From positions 1 to 59,713 of the forward strand of contig DATIMX010000319.1 of the NCBI GenBank assembly GCA_035474935.1: a DNA stretch of 59,713 nucleotides, written 5' to 3'. This document shows, in pieces, positions 18,123 through 27,587 of this stretch. The stretch's first letter is position 1, and each line of letters starts with the position of its first letter. The translations under genes were made by a program, and so were the position numbers. The notes under the pieces were generated by a model. It ran no database searches. It saw only the letters and a program-made list of their open reading frames with translations, and had not been told where the DNA came from. The stretch comes from Geodermatophilus sp. (GTDB lineage Bacteria > Actinomycetota > Actinomycetes > Mycobacteriales > Geodermatophilaceae).

Positions 18123-19039
18123 ACGGGGTGGTGGGGGGCTTCGCCGCCCTCACCGCGGTCATCGCCGTCGGTTGGCTGGTCGCCCGCACCGGCACCCTGG
18201 GGCGGGACGCCGCGGCGGTGCTCTCGAGGCTCTCCTACGTCGTGGCGACGCCGGCGCTGCTGCTGCTCACCCTCGCCGACGCCGACCCCGGCGTGCTGGT
18301 GTCACCCGCGCTGGTCGCCACCGCCGGCAGCGCGGTGCTGGCCGCGCTGCTGTTCGCCGGGCTGGCGCGCTGGCGCTGGCGGCTGCGGCCGGCCGAGCTG
18401 ACCGCCGGCGGGCTGGCGTCCTCCTACGTCAACGCCGGCAACCTCGGCGTCCCGATCTCGGTGTACGTGCTGGACGACGCCTCGTTCGTCGCCCCCGTGC
18501 TGCTGTTCCAGGTGCTGGTCATGGCCCCGGTCGGCCTGGCCGTGCTGGCCGGGTCGCGCGCGCAGGGGCGCTCCCGCTGGCGGGTGCTGGCCCAGCCGCT
18601 GGCCACCCCTGTCGTCCTCGGCTGCGCCCTCGGCGTGCTGGTGGCCGCGACCGGGGTCGAGCTGCCGGCGCTGGTGCTGCAGCCGGTCGAGCTCACCGCC
18701 GGGCTGGCCGTGCCCGCGGCCCTGCTCGCCTACGGCATGAGCCTGCACGGCGCGCCGCGACCGGCGTCCGGCGAGGGCGCCGGGCCGGTGTGGCTGGCGG
18801 TGGCGCTCAAGACGGTCGGGCAACCGGCGCTGGCCTACGCCCTCGGCCGCTGGGGCGCCGGCCTCGACGGGGGAGCGCTGCTCGCGGTCACGGTGACCTC
18901 CGCGCTGCCCACGGCGCAGAACGTCTTCGTCTACGCCGCGACCCACGGCCGCGGCACGCTGCTCGCCCGGGACGTCGTCCTGCTCAGCACCGTCCTGTCG
19001 GTCCCGGTGCTGGTCGGGATCGCCCTGCTCCTCGGCTGA
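18119..19039 (+). CDS. AEC (auxin efflux carrier) family transporter
   Basis: Hydrophobic protein with YVVATPALL, SYVNAGNLGVP and SALPTAQNVFVYA. GTGA coupling to the upstream gene. Confidence 0.88.
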   Translation: MNGVVGGFAALTAVIAVGWLVARTGTLGRDAAAVLSRLSYVVATPALLLLTLADADPGVLVSPALVATAGSAVLAALLFAGLARWRWRLRPAELTAGGLASSYVNAGNLGVPISVYVLDDASFVAPVLLFQVLVMAPVGLAVLAGSRAQGRSRWRVLAQPLATPVVLGCALGVLVAATGVELPALVLQPVELTAGLAVPAALLAYGMSLHGAPRPASGEGAGPVWLAVALKTVGQPALAYALGRWGAGLDGGALLAVTVTSALPTAQNVFVYAATHGRGTLLARDVVLLSTVLSVPVLVGIALLLG

Positions 19040-19047
19040 CCGCCGGC

Positions 19048-19692
19048 TCAGGCCGCAGCGGACCGCAGCCGCGCACGCACCTCGGGAACGCCGTCGCCGG
19101 TGAGCTCGTCGAGGGCCGCCGGTCGGCCGGCGAGCGTGCAGAGCAGCGCGGTGGCCGGCCCGCTGACCGGGAGGCCGGTGCCGTGGCGCCAGTCCGCGTC
19201 GGTGGCCGCGAAGGCCAGTCCGTCGAGCAGGCCGGCGGCGAGGGCGCGGCGGCCGGTCAGCTGGCCGAGGGCGATGCCGGCGTCCTCCGGGTCGGTCGGC
19301 GACGGGACGCCGAGCGGCCGGTAGACGTCCTGGGCGTGGATCACGAGGTGGCTCAGCGGCGCCTCCGCCGGCGCTCCCGGCCCCGCCTCGAAGCGTCGGT
19401 GCTCGGTGTCCCGCAGGGCGGCGACGACCTGCGCGGGGGACCGCGGGTCGCGGCGGGCCCAGCGGTCCGCGGCCCGGTCGAAGCGGAAGCCGGAGCGCAC
19501 CATGAGGGCGAGGAACCGGGGCACCGAGAGCTCGTAGGGCATGAGCAGGTGGACGACGAGGTCGCGCACCGTCCAGCCGGCGCACAGGCTCGCGGTGCGC
19601 CACTGGTCGGCGTCGAGGCCCTCCAGCACGATGAGCAGCCGATCCCGCTCCCGGCGGACCCGCAGGTCCACGTCGTCCTCGGTCGCCGTCAT
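19048..19692 (-). CDS. Mycothiol-dependent maleylpyruvate isomerase family (DinB/MDMPI)
   Basis: QWRTASLCAGWTVRDLVVHL, VIHAQDVYRPLG and C-terminal ATDADW...LAGR. Confidence 0.88.
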   Translation of the reverse strand: MTATEDDVDLRVRRERDRLLIVLEGLDADQWRTASLCAGWTVRDLVVHLLMPYELSVPRFLALMVRSGFRFDRAADRWARRDPRSPAQVVAALRDTEHRRFEAGPGAPAEAPLSHLVIHAQDVYRPLGVPSPTDPEDAGIALGQLTGRRALAAGLLDGLAFAATDADWRHGTGLPVSGPATALLCTLAGRPAALDELTGDGVPEVRARLRSAAA

Positions 19693-19860
19693 CCGGTACC
19701 CCTCTCGTCGGGCCGCTCGCGCGGACGCCTGGTCCGCCTGTCCGCAGTAGTGACACCCGGTGGCGGGCGGACTCATCGCCGCTCCCCATGCCCGCTGGGC
19801 ATCGCGTCATGCCGGACCGGTCTTGGACAGGCATCGCGCCGGCTCCCTAGCGTGCGCACC

Positions 19861-21339
19861 GTGCGCGGAACCGGGCCGGTCGAGAACTGGGACGCCGTGC
19901 TGGTGGGCGGCGGGGTGATGAGCGCGACGCTCGGCGTGCTGCTCGCCCACGCCGAGCCGGACCGGCGGGTCCTCGTCGTCGAGCGGCTGGACGAGGTCGG
20001 GTGCGAGAGCTCGGCCGCGGAGAACAACGCCGGCACCGGGCACGCCGGGCTCTGCGAGTTCAACTACACGCCGCGGCGGCCCGACGGCACCGTCGACCCG
20101 AGCGCCGCCCTGCTGATCGCCGAGCAGTTCGCCACGTCCCTGGTGTTCTGGGCCCGACTGGTCGAGCGCGGTGAGCTGGGGCCGCCCGGGGCGTTCGTCC
20201 GGTCGGTGCCGCACCTGGGCCTGGGCCGCGGCGCCGACGGGGTGGCGTACCTGCGGGCCCGGTTCGAGGCGCTGCGCGGCTCCCCGCTGTTCGCCGACCT
20301 CGAGTACAGCGACGACCCGGACGTGCTCGCCTCCTGGCTGCCCCTCGTCCTCCGGGGCCGCACGGACGGCGAGCCGATCGCCGCCACCCGGGCGGCGCAG
20401 GGCACCGACGTCGACTTCGGCGTCCTCACCCGGCAGCTGCTGGCGGCCCTGCGGGCGCGCGGTGCCGAGGTGCGGCTGGGCACGGAGGTCACGTCGCTGC
20501 GGCGACGCGGCGAACGCTGGGAGCTCTCGCTGCGGGACCGGGCGACGGGGGCGCGCCGGCGGGTGCGGACGCCGTACGTCTTCGTCGGCGCCGGCGGCGG
20601 GACGCTGCCGCTGCTGCAGTCGGCGCGGGTGCCCGAGGTCCGGCGGTACGGCGCCTTCCCGATCAGCGGCCGGTTCCTGCGCACCGACCGCCCCGAGCTG
20701 GTGGCCGCGCACCGCGGCAAGGTCTACGGCCACGCCGAGCCCGGTGCGCCCGCGATCTCGGTGCCGCATCTGGACCTGCGGGTGGTCGACGGGCGCGAGT
20801 CGCTGCTGTTCGGCCCGTTCGCCGCGTTCTCGCCGCGCTTCCTCACCCGGGGCCGGCTCGGCGACCTGGTCCGCTCGGTGCGGCCGGGCAACCTGCCGGT
20901 GCTGCTCGCCTCCGTGCGCGACAACCGCGCGCTGATCGCCCACCTGGTCCGCCAGGTCACCGCCCGGCCGTCGTCCCGGATGGCCGCGCTGCGCCGGTTC
21001 GTGCCCACGGCGCGCGAGGAGGACTGGCGGCTGGTGAGCGCCGGGCAGCGGGTCCAGGTGCTCAAGGAGACCGACGGGCGCGGCACCCTGGTCGGCTTCG
21101 GCACCGAGGTCGTCACCTCCGCGGGCGGGTCGCTGGCCGCCCTGCTCGGCGCCTCGCCGGGCGCCTCCACCGCGGTGGCCACGGTGCTCGGCGTCCTGGA
21201 CGCCTGCTCCCCCGGACGGCGGGACGAGTGGGGCCCGCGGCTGGCGGAACTCGTGCCGCTCCCGACGCCCGAGGAGCTGGCCCGGGCGCGCCGGGTGCTC
21301 GGCCTGGCGCCGGTGCTCGCCGTCGGGGGTGCGCGGTGA
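19861..21339 (+). CDS. mqo: Malate:quinone oxidoreductase
   Basis: VLVGGGVMSATLG, NNAGTGHAGLCEFNYT, GTDVDFG, SVPHLDLR, AGQRVQV and LLGASPGASTAV. Probably leaderless after TGGACA-N18-TAGCGT. Confidence 0.93.
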   Translation: MRGTGPVENWDAVLVGGGVMSATLGVLLAHAEPDRRVLVVERLDEVGCESSAAENNAGTGHAGLCEFNYTPRRPDGTVDPSAALLIAEQFATSLVFWARLVERGELGPPGAFVRSVPHLGLGRGADGVAYLRARFEALRGSPLFADLEYSDDPDVLASWLPLVLRGRTDGEPIAATRAAQGTDVDFGVLTRQLLAALRARGAEVRLGTEVTSLRRRGERWELSLRDRATGARRRVRTPYVFVGAGGGTLPLLQSARVPEVRRYGAFPISGRFLRTDRPELVAAHRGKVYGHAEPGAPAISVPHLDLRVVDGRESLLFGPFAAFSPRFLTRGRLGDLVRSVRPGNLPVLLASVRDNRALIAHLVRQVTARPSSRMAALRRFVPTAREEDWRLVSAGQRVQVLKETDGRGTLVGFGTEVVTSAGGSLAALLGASPGASTAVATVLGVLDACSPGRRDEWGPRLAELVPLPTPEELARARRVLGLAPVLAVGGAR

Positions 21340-22742
21340 CCGCGGACCTCGCCGCCCGGCTGCGGGAGCTCGTCGGGCCGGCCGGGGTGGTCGACGACCC
21401 GGCGGGCTTCCTCACCGACTGGCGGGGCGCGTACTCCGGGGCGGCGGCGGCCGTCGTCCGCCCCGGCAGCACCGAGGAGGTGGCCGCGGTGGTCGCGCTG
21501 TGCCGGGAGCTCGGCGTCGCCGTCGTCCCGCAGGGCGGCAACACCGGGCTGTGCGGCGGCGCGGTGCCCGACGCCTCCGGCCGGCAGGTGGTGCTCTCGC
21601 TGACCCGGATGCGGCGGATCCGGGACCTCGACGCCGCCAACTCGACGATCACCGTGGAGGCCGGGGTGGTGCTGCAGACGGTGCAGGAGGCCGCCGCGGC
21701 CGCGGGTCGGCTGTTCCCGCTGTCCCTGGGTGCCGAGGGCAGCTGCACGATCGGCGGCAACCTGGCCACCAACGCCGGCGGCACGGGGGTGCTGCGCTAC
21801 GGCACGATGCGCGACCTCACCCTGGGGCTGGAGGTCGTGCTGCCCGACGGGCGGGTGTGGCACGGGCTGCGCGGCCTGCGCAAGGACAACACCGGCTACG
21901 ACCTCAAGCACCTGTTCGTCGGCGCCGAGGGGACCCTCGGCGTCATCACGGCCGCCGTGCTGGCGCTGTTCCCGGCCGTCCGCAGCCGGGCGACGGCGTG
22001 GGTGGCGCTGCCGGATCCGCAGGCGGCGGTGGACCTCATCGGCGTGGTCCGCGAGTCGGCCGGCGACCGGCTGACGGCCTTCGAGCTCATGTCCCGGCAG
22101 AGCGTGGAGTTCGTGCTGCGCCACGGAGCGGGCGCGCGCGACCCCATCGCCGACCCGTCCCCCTGGTACGCGCTGGTCGAGCTCAGCGACACGCTGCCCG
22201 AAGCCGGCCTCGACGCGGTGGTCGAGGCGGCGCTGGGGGAGGCGGTCGAGCGGGGGATCGTGACCGACGCCGTGCTGGCCTCCGGGTCGGCGCAGGTCGC
22301 CGCGCTGTGGGCGCTGCGCGAGGGCATCTCCGAGGCGCAGAACTGCGAGGGCCCGAGCCTCAAGCACGACGTCACCGTGCCGATCAGCGCGCTCCCGGCG
22401 TTCGTGGCCGCCACCGACCGGGGGCTGGCCGAGGCCCTGCCCGGCGTCCGGGTCGTGGCCTACGGCCACGTCGGGGACGGCAACCTGCACTACACCCTGA
22501 GCGGGCCCGAGCCGAGGGACGACGGGGCCTTCCGCGCGCGGGCCGGCGTGCTGAGCCGGATCGTGTACGACTCGGTGGCCGCCCTCGACGGCAGCATCAG
22601 CGCCGAGCACGGGCTCGGGCAGGCCAAGCGCGACGTGATCGCCGACTACAAGAGCCCGCTCGAGCTGGAGCTGATGCGCGGGGTCAAGCGGCTGCTCGAC
22701 CCGGCCGGCTTGATGAACCCCGGCAAGGTGCTGCCCGGCTGA
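21336..22742 (+). CDS. FAD-binding oxidoreductase (D-2-hydroxyglutarate / D-lactate dehydrogenase-like)
   Basis: PQGGNTGLCGG, IGGNLATNAGG, LRKDNTGYDL, GHVGDGNLH, ISAEHGLG and MNPGK. Confidence 0.92.
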   Translation: MTADLAARLRELVGPAGVVDDPAGFLTDWRGAYSGAAAAVVRPGSTEEVAAVVALCRELGVAVVPQGGNTGLCGGAVPDASGRQVVLSLTRMRRIRDLDAANSTITVEAGVVLQTVQEAAAAAGRLFPLSLGAEGSCTIGGNLATNAGGTGVLRYGTMRDLTLGLEVVLPDGRVWHGLRGLRKDNTGYDLKHLFVGAEGTLGVITAAVLALFPAVRSRATAWVALPDPQAAVDLIGVVRESAGDRLTAFELMSRQSVEFVLRHGAGARDPIADPSPWYALVELSDTLPEAGLDAVVEAALGEAVERGIVTDAVLASGSAQVAALWALREGISEAQNCEGPSLKHDVTVPISALPAFVAATDRGLAEALPGVRVVAYGHVGDGNLHYTLSGPEPRDDGAFRARAGVLSRIVYDSVAALDGSISAEHGLGQAKRDVIADYKSPLELELMRGVKRLLDPAGLMNPGKVLPG

Positions 22743-22790
22743 CCGGGCGGGGACGGCGGCGCCCCCGGACCGGCCGGGAGCGGCGCCCGG

Positions 22791-23027
22791 TCACCAGCGG
22801 AGGGGATCGGTCAGCCGGGACTGCGCCGTGCGGCAGGCCCGGCAGTTGCCCCACGAGACGATGGCCAGCGGCGTCGTCGGCGACCCGCACTCGGGGCAGT
22901 CGACCGGCTCGCCCGATCGGCCGCGGGCCTCGGTGATCTCGCGGGACCGCTCCTCGTGGATCTTCTCGTCGCCCCGGCAGGGGCACCCGAGATGGGCTTC
23001 GGCGCAGCGTCCACGGTGTGTGGCGAT
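22791..23027 (-). CDS. Small Cys-rich protein (putative Zn-binding), start uncertain
   Basis: C-x5-CPC...CPEC...CRAC. A -10 TAGCGT and AGGAGG precede an in-frame ATC at 23027. The ORF track starts at 23096. Confidence 0.55.
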   Translation of the reverse strand: MATHRGRCAEAHLGCPCRGDEKIHEERSREITEARGRSGEPVDCPECGSPTTPLAIVSWGNCRACRTAQSRLTDPLRW

Positions 23028-23107
23028 GGGGCCTCCTCGTCTCGGGGCGACGCTACCCGCCGGCCCGGTCCGCGACGGCCGAGCCGCGCCGAGCACGGCC
23101 CCGCGGG

Positions 23108-23443
23108 TCAGCGGTCGCGGCGGCTGACCCGCAGGACCATCCCGTCGGCGCCGGCGAGGACCACCAGCGAGCCACGGCGGAAGCGGGTCCGCGTCGGGGT
23201 GTCGGGATGGGGCGAGACGTCGTCGGGCGCGTCGAGGCAGCGCTGGACGTCGGCGTCGGCGATGCCCATGCCGGTCGCCGCCTCCCGGGCGCCACGCGTC
23301 ATCCGCAGTGCCGGGCCCCGGCGACCCCGGGAGGGGGGTCCTGCCGGGCGGGTCGGGTCGGTGGGAGACCGGACGTCCGTGGCGTCGTCGGGGTCGTACC
23401 CCGTGGACGGGGGAGCGAGGAAGGTCAGAGCGGGTGCGCTCAT
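23108..23443 (-). CDS. Hypothetical protein, C-terminal DUF4258-like domain
   Basis: LRMTRGAREAATGMGIADADVQRCLDAPD...RTRFRRGSLVVLAGADGMVLRV. Confidence 0.55.
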   Translation of the reverse strand: MSAPALTFLAPPSTGYDPDDATDVRSPTDPTRPAGPPSRGRRGPALRMTRGAREAATGMGIADADVQRCLDAPDDVSPHPDTPTRTRFRRGSLVVLAGADGMVLRVSRRDR

Positions 23444-23750
23444 GCAGGGTCCAGACGGGACGGGCGGGGGCCGGTGGCCGCTCCGCGGTGGCGGGCGCCG
23501 GTCGGCGCCAGAGGCCCGGGTGCGCGTCGCGCTGCGGCCGGGCGGGAGTCGGTGGCGCGAGCGCCGAGCGGGCTCGCGATCACCACGCTACGCGCCCGGC
23601 ATCGGAGGACCGGCCCCGACGGGCCGGCCCCGACGGGCGGTGCCGCGCCCGGCGAGCGGGTGACGCGCCCGGCGCGGGATGTCCGCGACAGTCGGACGTC
23701 CCGCGCTCCGGTGTGTCCCCCGAGGGTCGAGCCGTCCGTACATTCCGTGC

Positions 23751-26700
23751 ATGAGCCGGGCGTTCCGGTACACACCGCCACTCGCCGCCCATGGGCTCAT
23801 CGTCCGGCCCCGGCTGCTGGACCGGCTGCACACCCGGTTCGAGCGGCGGCTGACCGCCGTCGTGGCGCCGGCCGGGTTCGGGAAGACGACGCTGCTGGCG
23901 CAGGCGGTGCAGGAGAACACCCTCTCGCCGCTCGGGGAGGACCGCTGGCTGACCTGCCAGCGCGACGACACGGCGCTGTCCTTCCTGGGTGCGGGGGCCT
24001 TCGCCGCCGTGGGTCTCACCACGCCCGTCCCCGACGACCCGCGGGAGGCCGCGGTCACCGTCGCCGAGGCCATCTGGAGCGCCGCGCCCCGGCAGGTGGC
24101 GCTGATCCTCGACGACGTCCACCTCGTGGGGCCGAGCTCGCCCGGCGGCCGCTTCGTCTCCGAGCTCGTCGAGGAGCTGCCGCGCAACGGCCACGTCGTC
24201 CTCGCCTCCCGCCCGCCGCTGCCCCTGCGGACCTCCCGGCTGCTCGCCTCCGGCGACGCGGTCGTCGTGGGCGAGTCCGAGCTGCACTTCGAGGACGACG
24301 AGATGGCCGCCTTCGCGGCGTCCCGGCACGTCGCGCCGGACCTGCTGCGGGACGTGGGCGGCTGGCCGGCGCTGGCCGAGCTGACCGCGACCGCCGGTCA
24401 CTACGCGGTGAGCGGGTACGTGTGGGAGGAGCTGCTCAGCCGGCTCACGCCGGACCGGCGCCGCGCGCTGGCCGTGCTCGTCGCCGTCGGCGGGGCGGAC
24501 GACGAGCTCGCCACGGCGCTGCTCGGGGAGGACGTGCGGCTGGACAAGCTGCTGGACGGGCTGCCGCTCGTCGCCCGCGGCCGCTCGGGCTGGTGGTCGC
24601 TGCACGGACTGTGGACCGAGGTCCTCCAGCACCAGCTGGACCCCGCCGAGGTGGCGGCGGTCCGCCGCACCGCGGGCCTGGTCCTGGCCCGCCGCCGTCG
24701 CTACCACGACGCCGTGGACCTGCTGACCGAGGCCGGCGCGTGGGACGACGTCCGGCAGCTGGTGATCGAGGTGTGCGAGGTGGGGACGCCGCTGGTGCAG
24801 CCGGACGTGCTCGAGGGGTGGCTGCGCCGACTGCCGCCCTCGGTCCAGGGCAGCGCCGAGGGGCTGCTGCTGTCGGCGATGGTCGCCGAGCCCACCAGCC
24901 CGGACACCGCCGGGCAGATCCTCGAGCACGCCCTCACGCTGGCGCCCGAGGCCGCCCCGGTGCGCGTGGCCTGTCTCAACGCCCTCCTCGAGGTGGCCTT
25001 CCGCCGCAGCAACGGCCGGGGGATGAGGCGCGTCATCGAGCGGCTGACCGACCTGGCCGCGCACGGTCACGAGCGCGCCGCGACCTGGATCCCGCTGTTC
25101 CGCGGCCTGCTCGCGCACAGCCCGGGTGAGGTGCGGGCCGAGCTGGCCAGCCCCGCCCTGGTCGCGGGGACCGCGCTCAGCCCGGTGCAGGAGTGGCTGC
25201 GCGGCCACCTGCTGCTGCGCTCGCTGGGCGACGCGGCCGCGGCCGAGTCCGTCGCCCGGGCGGCGCTGCAGCGGCCGGTCCCGAACATGCTGGTCCAGAC
25301 CCAGTGCCTGCTCCTGGAGTCCCTGCGGCTGCAGGGCCGGCTCGACGAGGCGGCGGCGCTGCTCCCGGACCTGCTCGCCGGCATCGACGCGGCGCGGGTG
25401 CGGACCTCCCCGGAGTGCGTCACCTACGCCGTCGTCCTGCTCGGCGTCCTGGGGCGGGACGCCGAGGCCGGGGGACTGCTGCACGCCACGCGGGGCGCCC
25501 TCGGCGACTCGTCGGTCGACTGGGCGCCGGTCGCGGCCGCCGTGGCCGAGGCCGATGCCGCCGTGTCGGCCGGCGACGAGACGGCGGCCGCCGCCGCACT
25601 GCGGGCGGTGCAGCACCTCCGGCAGAGCCGGCGTGGCGCGGTCCTGACCGTGACACCGGCGGCCCTGCCGCTGCTCTACGTGCTGCTCCCGGAGGTCCGG
25701 CCCCAGTGGGACGCCGCGCCGCCGCCCGGCTGCTTCGAGGCGGTGCTCGACCTCTCCCGGGCGCTCGTCGCCGTCCGCGAGGAGGGACGTCTGGAGCCGG
25801 TCCGGCAGCTGTCGACCGAGGCGCGTGCGGTCGTGCGGGCCGTGCTCCCGGCGCCGTGGACCGCCGAGCTGGCCCTCGCGATGGTCGCCTCCGGGCTGGA
25901 GGATGCCCGGGCGCTGGTGGAGAAGCTCGGGCCTCGGGCCCGGCCCAAGCTACGGGCGATGAGCGCCGGCGGTCCCGCGCCGGTCGCCGCCACCGCCCGG
26001 CGGCTGCTCCGGGAGATGCCGCCGGCGCCGACGTCCCGGCTGGGACTGCGGGTGCTGGGACCGATGCAGCTGCACCGCGACGGGAGCGTCGTGACGGCCC
26101 GGGAGCTGCGCCGGGAGCGGGTGCGCCAGCTGCTGGGGTACCTGCTCGCCCACGACCGGCCGACGCGCGCCGCCGTCACCGCCGACCTGTGGCCGGACCT
26201 GGACGAGGTCGCCGCGGCCCGGAACCTGCGGGTCACCCTCGCCTACCTCCAGGACCTGCTCGAGCCCGACCGGGACGAGTCCGACGCGCCGTACTTCGTC
26301 CGCAGCACCGGGCCGGTCCTGCACCTGGTCGTCGACGAGGCGCTGCAGGTGGACGTGGTGGAGTTCGAGCGGCACCTCGACGAGGCCGCACGGCTGGAGC
26401 GCCAGGGAGCGCCGTCGGCCGCACTGGCCGCCTACCAGCAGGCGCTCGCGCTCTGGGACACCGACTTCCTCCCCGACGTCAGCGGCGGGGACTGGCTGCA
26501 GTGGGAGCGCGACCGGCTGCGCGGCCGGTTCGTCGGGGCCGCCGTCCGTGCCGGGGAGCTCCTCCTCGCGCGCGGCGACGACGCCGCCGCCCGGACGCTG
26601 GGCGAGCGCGCGCTCGGGATCGACAGCTGGTCGGAGGAGGCCCACCAGCTGCTCGTCGCCGCGCTGCTGGAGTGCGGGGACCTCGCCGATGCGCGCCGGC

Positions 26701-26849
26701 AGCTGCGGCGCTGCCTGCAGGCGCTCGCCGAGCTGGGCGTCCCGCCGCAGCCGCGCACGGTCGCCCTGGCCCGGCGACTGGAGGTCCACCTGCACCGCGG
26801 CCGGCCGCCCGGCCGATGGCCGGCTGACACCCCCTCCGGTCCCGGCTGA
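23751..26849 (+). CDS. Large regulator: MalT-like NTPase, TPR-like region, C-terminal wHTH-BTAD
   Basis: IVRPRLL, Walker A APAGFGKTT, Walker B LILDDVH, GGWPA. C-terminus LRVLGP, LWPD, VDVVEF and WSEEAHQLL. -10 TACATT lies 6 nt before the ATG. Confidence 0.9.
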   Translation: MSRAFRYTPPLAAHGLIVRPRLLDRLHTRFERRLTAVVAPAGFGKTTLLAQAVQENTLSPLGEDRWLTCQRDDTALSFLGAGAFAAVGLTTPVPDDPREAAVTVAEAIWSAAPRQVALILDDVHLVGPSSPGGRFVSELVEELPRNGHVVLASRPPLPLRTSRLLASGDAVVVGESELHFEDDEMAAFAASRHVAPDLLRDVGGWPALAELTATAGHYAVSGYVWEELLSRLTPDRRRALAVLVAVGGADDELATALLGEDVRLDKLLDGLPLVARGRSGWWSLHGLWTEVLQHQLDPAEVAAVRRTAGLVLARRRRYHDAVDLLTEAGAWDDVRQLVIEVCEVGTPLVQPDVLEGWLRRLPPSVQGSAEGLLLSAMVAEPTSPDTAGQILEHALTLAPEAAPVRVACLNALLEVAFRRSNGRGMRRVIERLTDLAAHGHERAATWIPLFRGLLAHSPGEVRAELASPALVAGTALSPVQEWLRGHLLLRSLGDAAAAESVARAALQRPVPNMLVQTQCLLLESLRLQGRLDEAAALLPDLLAGIDAARVRTSPECVTYAVVLLGVLGRDAEAGGLLHATRGALGDSSVDWAPVAAAVAEADAAVSAGDETAAAAALRAVQHLRQSRRGAVLTVTPAALPLLYVLLPEVRPQWDAAPPPGCFEAVLDLSRALVAVREEGRLEPVRQLSTEARAVVRAVLPAPWTAELALAMVASGLEDARALVEKLGPRARPKLRAMSAGGPAPVAATARRLLREMPPAPTSRLGLRVLGPMQLHRDGSVVTARELRRERVRQLLGYLLAHDRPTRAAVTADLWPDLDEVAAARNLRVTLAYLQDLLEPDRDESDAPYFVRSTGPVLHLVVDEALQVDVVEFERHLDEAARLERQGAPSAALAAYQQALALWDTDFLPDVSGGDWLQWERDRLRGRFVGAAVRAGELLLARGDDAAARTLGERALGIDSWSEEAHQLLVAALLECGDLADARRQLRRCLQALAELGVPPQPRTVALARRLEVHLHRGRPPGRWPADTPSGPG

Positions 26850-26877
26850 CGCCCGGCTAACACGGCCCCCGGACGCT
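26820..26877 (+). promoter_or_regulatory. SARP/BTAD-type direct repeats and -10 for the ECF sigma gene
   Basis: CCGGCT(G/A)AC at 26820, 26842 and 26853 (22 and 11 bp apart). The last heptamer is followed by 8 nt and then GACGCT. Confidence 0.6.
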
Positions 26878-26922
26878 CCGGTCCGACGGCTTGGCAGCCG
26901 TCGGAGACCGAGGGGAGCCGCC

Positions 26923-27507
26923 ATGGACGCCGCAGAGGTGACCGGCCTGGTCCGGCGAGCCGCTCAGGGGGACCAGCGGGCGTGGCAGGGGATCGTCGAC
27001 GAGTACAGCGGCCTGGTGTGGTCGGTGGCCCGGGGCTTCCGGCTCGACGAGGCGCAGATGGCCGACGCCGTCCAGACGACCTGGCTGCGGTTGGTGGAGC
27101 ACCTGGCCGAGATCCGCGAGCCGGAACGCCTGCCCGGGTGGCTGCGGACGACGACGCGGCGGGCCTGCCTGGCGACGGCCCGCCAGTCGCTCCGCGAGCA
27201 GCCGGTCGACGCCGCCGAGCAGTCCGCCGCGTGGGACCACGGCGGCCACCTCGACGACGCCGGGCCGGAGACCAGCGCCGTGCGGCAGGACCAGCAGGTC
27301 CTGGTCCGCCGGGCCGTGGCCACCCTCCCGCCGCGGCACCGGGCGCTGCTGGGGATGCTGGTCAGCTCGCCGCCGGTGAGCTATGAGGAGATCAGCGCCG
27401 GCCTCGGCATCCCGGTGGGCAGCATCGGGCCGACGCGGGCCCGGATCCTGGGCCGGTTGCGGACGGCGCTGGAGACGGCGGGCCTCCACGACGCGGCGCT
27501 GAACTGA
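26923..27507 (+). CDS. ECF RNA polymerase sigma factor 1
   Basis: GDQRAWQGIVDEY, ADAVQTTWLRLVEHL and SYEEISAGLGIPVGSIGPTRARIL. Confidence 0.93.
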   Translation: MDAAEVTGLVRRAAQGDQRAWQGIVDEYSGLVWSVARGFRLDEAQMADAVQTTWLRLVEHLAEIREPERLPGWLRTTTRRACLATARQSLREQPVDAAEQSAAWDHGGHLDDAGPETSAVRQDQQVLVRRAVATLPPRHRALLGMLVSSPPVSYEEISAGLGIPVGSIGPTRARILGRLRTALETAGLHDAALN

Positions 27508-27533
27508 GCCGCCCGTCGCCCGTCGTGCGGATC

Positions 27534-27565
27534 TCGCCCGGCGTTCCCGCGGGAACGCCGGGCGA
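27534..27565. terminator. Perfect 32-bp palindrome between convergent sigma and DyP genes
   Basis: tcgcccggcgttcccg|cgggaacgccgggcga. Confidence 0.65.
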
Positions 27566-27587
27566 CAGCGCGCTGCCGTCCGCCGGC

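Noticed and set aside
17884-19860. 1151-aa ORF apparently extending mqo upstream
   Set aside because: This is stop-free read-through in GC-rich DNA that overlaps the AEC and MDMPI genes. Mqo motifs begin only near 19861.
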